Positions 63,000 through 64,000 of a DNA stretch of 64,000 bases are shown one piece after another (the stretch's first letter is position 1; the number at the start of each line of letters is the position of its first letter). Made by a program: the position numbers and the translations under genes. This DNA comes from a candidate division WWE3 bacterium UBA1401. Its GTDB lineage: Bacteria > Patescibacteriota > WWE3 > UBA101185 > UBA10185. Under the pieces are notes generated by a model. The model was not told where the DNA came from and made no database searches. It saw only the letters and a program-made list of their open reading frames with translations. The stretch spans positions 92,447 through 156,446 of the forward strand of contig DBQF01000001.1 in assembly GCA_002305115.1 (NCBI GenBank). Reading direction: 5' to 3'.

Positions 63000-63944
63000 T
63001 TGATGAAGCAAAGATACTGCCCAGCGTGTAATGCTAAGCTTTATGCATCAAATCACTTTTTTTGTACTTCATGTGGCCAAAAATTGCCTGAAGCACTTGT
63101 GGCCAGACCCAAGGTTACGCCTACTTCCGGGCAAGTTCCGGGGGTTTGGCAGCAATCTACGCCTGTAACTAAAAGACTAACGGTAGTTAGCAAAGATAAG
63201 TTAGTTGCCGGCTTATTCATGCTTATAGGTATCGCGAGCTTCATGCTTTCGTTTAAAGGCACTCCTGTTTTACTAAATAAACTGCCCTTAGCAGGAAAAA
63301 CTGCAAAGCCTTTAAGTCAGGGCGCTGTGACAGCTACAGATGCATCTAAAGAACAAAGAGTTTTAGAAACTGATGTAGATACAGTAAGCCTAAAACTTGT
63401 GGAAAAGCACGTAAGCTTTATTCCTTCAGATGCCGATATCTACATAGAAGCTGGAGATGTCAGCTGGCTCTTTCTTAACGATCTGTACTTTGATAGTGAG
63501 TCTGAAGAGCTTATTAGGAAACATTGCCTCGGCGATTTCAGCGCATTTGCTATTTTAAGTGACGCAGGGCAGCGAGAGTGGGGTGTAGTTATTAGTTTGG
63601 TTGATCCCTCAGAAGAAGAGATTGCGATAGTATTTGAAACTTTAGGCAAGGATTATTGGTACTATGAACTTGTCGAAAACACTTTAGCGGTAGCCACCAA
63701 TAAAGAAGTTCTGGACTTAATGTTGGCTGCTCACAGTGGTGTAATTAAGGACATAACTAAGAACCCAAAGTATGCTATGGCTAGGCCTCAACTTTACGAT
63801 GTGGGTAAAATACTCGTAATATTTACATCATTTGAAGGCAGAAAAGCTTTGGAAAGCTTAATAGGCTACGAGTCGGAGAACACGTTAAGAGCTATTATTA
63901 ACAATGTTTTAAATTTTGGTTACAATGAACTGATTATTAGATAA
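63000..63944 (+). CDS. hypothetical protein with an N-terminal zinc ribbon and a TM helix
   Basis: 314 aa with CPACNAKL...CTSCGQKL followed by a TM segment and a large C-terminal domain of unknown function. Confidence 0.4.
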   Translation: MMKQRYCPACNAKLYASNHFFCTSCGQKLPEALVARPKVTPTSGQVPGVWQQSTPVTKRLTVVSKDKLVAGLFMLIGIASFMLSFKGTPVLLNKLPLAGKTAKPLSQGAVTATDASKEQRVLETDVDTVSLKLVEKHVSFIPSDADIYIEAGDVSWLFLNDLYFDSESEELIRKHCLGDFSAFAILSDAGQREWGVVISLVDPSEEEIAIVFETLGKDYWYYELVENTLAVATNKEVLDLMLAAHSGVIKDITKNPKYAMARPQLYDVGKILVIFTSFEGRKALESLIGYESENTLRAIINNVLNFGYNELIIR

Positions 63945-64000
63945 CTATGGCAGATAAAAAAGATTATATATTTGAAGAAATTTCAGCGCTTTCGGATAAG

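Noticed and set aside
1-64000. Alternative genetic code (for example UGA or UAG recoding, as in some CPR lineages or phages)
   Set aside because: All three stop codons terminate long, well-conserved housekeeping ORFs at the expected lengths (sufS, ftsH, pnp, infB and others). The single premature TAG, in the SpoVS-like gene, is better explained as truncation or error.
1-64000. CRISPR arrays, rRNA genes, RNase P RNA and tmRNA
   Set aside because: No regularly spaced direct repeats with unique spacers were seen. No rRNA-like GC-rich conserved blocks were seen. The GC-rich islet lacks RNase P P4 and tmRNA tag or acceptor signatures and has SD-led ORFs.

Overview
The window is a 64 kb stretch at roughly 40% GC with standard-code ORFs (normal TAA/TAG/TGA stops and Shine-Dalgarno sites). 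The gene content suggests a small-genome, possibly CPR/Patescibacteria-like bacterium: a 495-aa IF-2, a 603-aa AlaRS without the C-Ala domain, a minimal SufD, and many small membrane proteins. Housekeeping content includes a complete sufC-sufB-sufD-sufS-sufU Fe-S assembly operon, ftsH, trpS, alaS, a XerC/D-family recombinase, ftsB-like, mutL, tatD, nusA-infB-(DHH-like)-rpsO-pnp, msrA, an ABC-F ATPase, an M16 peptidase, a LonC-like protease and an envelope glycosyltransferase locus (GT2, GT4, UbiA, O-antigen-ligase-like). There are four tRNAs (Asn, Met, fMet, Cys). The main accessory feature is an integrated element inserted at the 3' end of tRNA-Asn (about 8.9-17 kb). It carries a large serine recombinase with Thr at the catalytic Ser position, large palindromes next to the recombinase, a RepA-like AAA ATPase plus a CHC2 zinc-finger primase-like protein, and an XRE repressor facing triplicated operator-like palindromes. 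Its cargo includes a membrane-anchored SNase-Excalibur nuclease, and it is followed by a sharply GC-rich (about 56%) two-gene islet. Each of tRNA-Met, tRNA-fMet and tRNA-Cys is immediately followed by a conserved ~95-nt hairpin-plus-promoter-like element. There are no CRISPR arrays and no rRNA. All functional calls rest on motifs I recognise by eye and have not been checked by database search.
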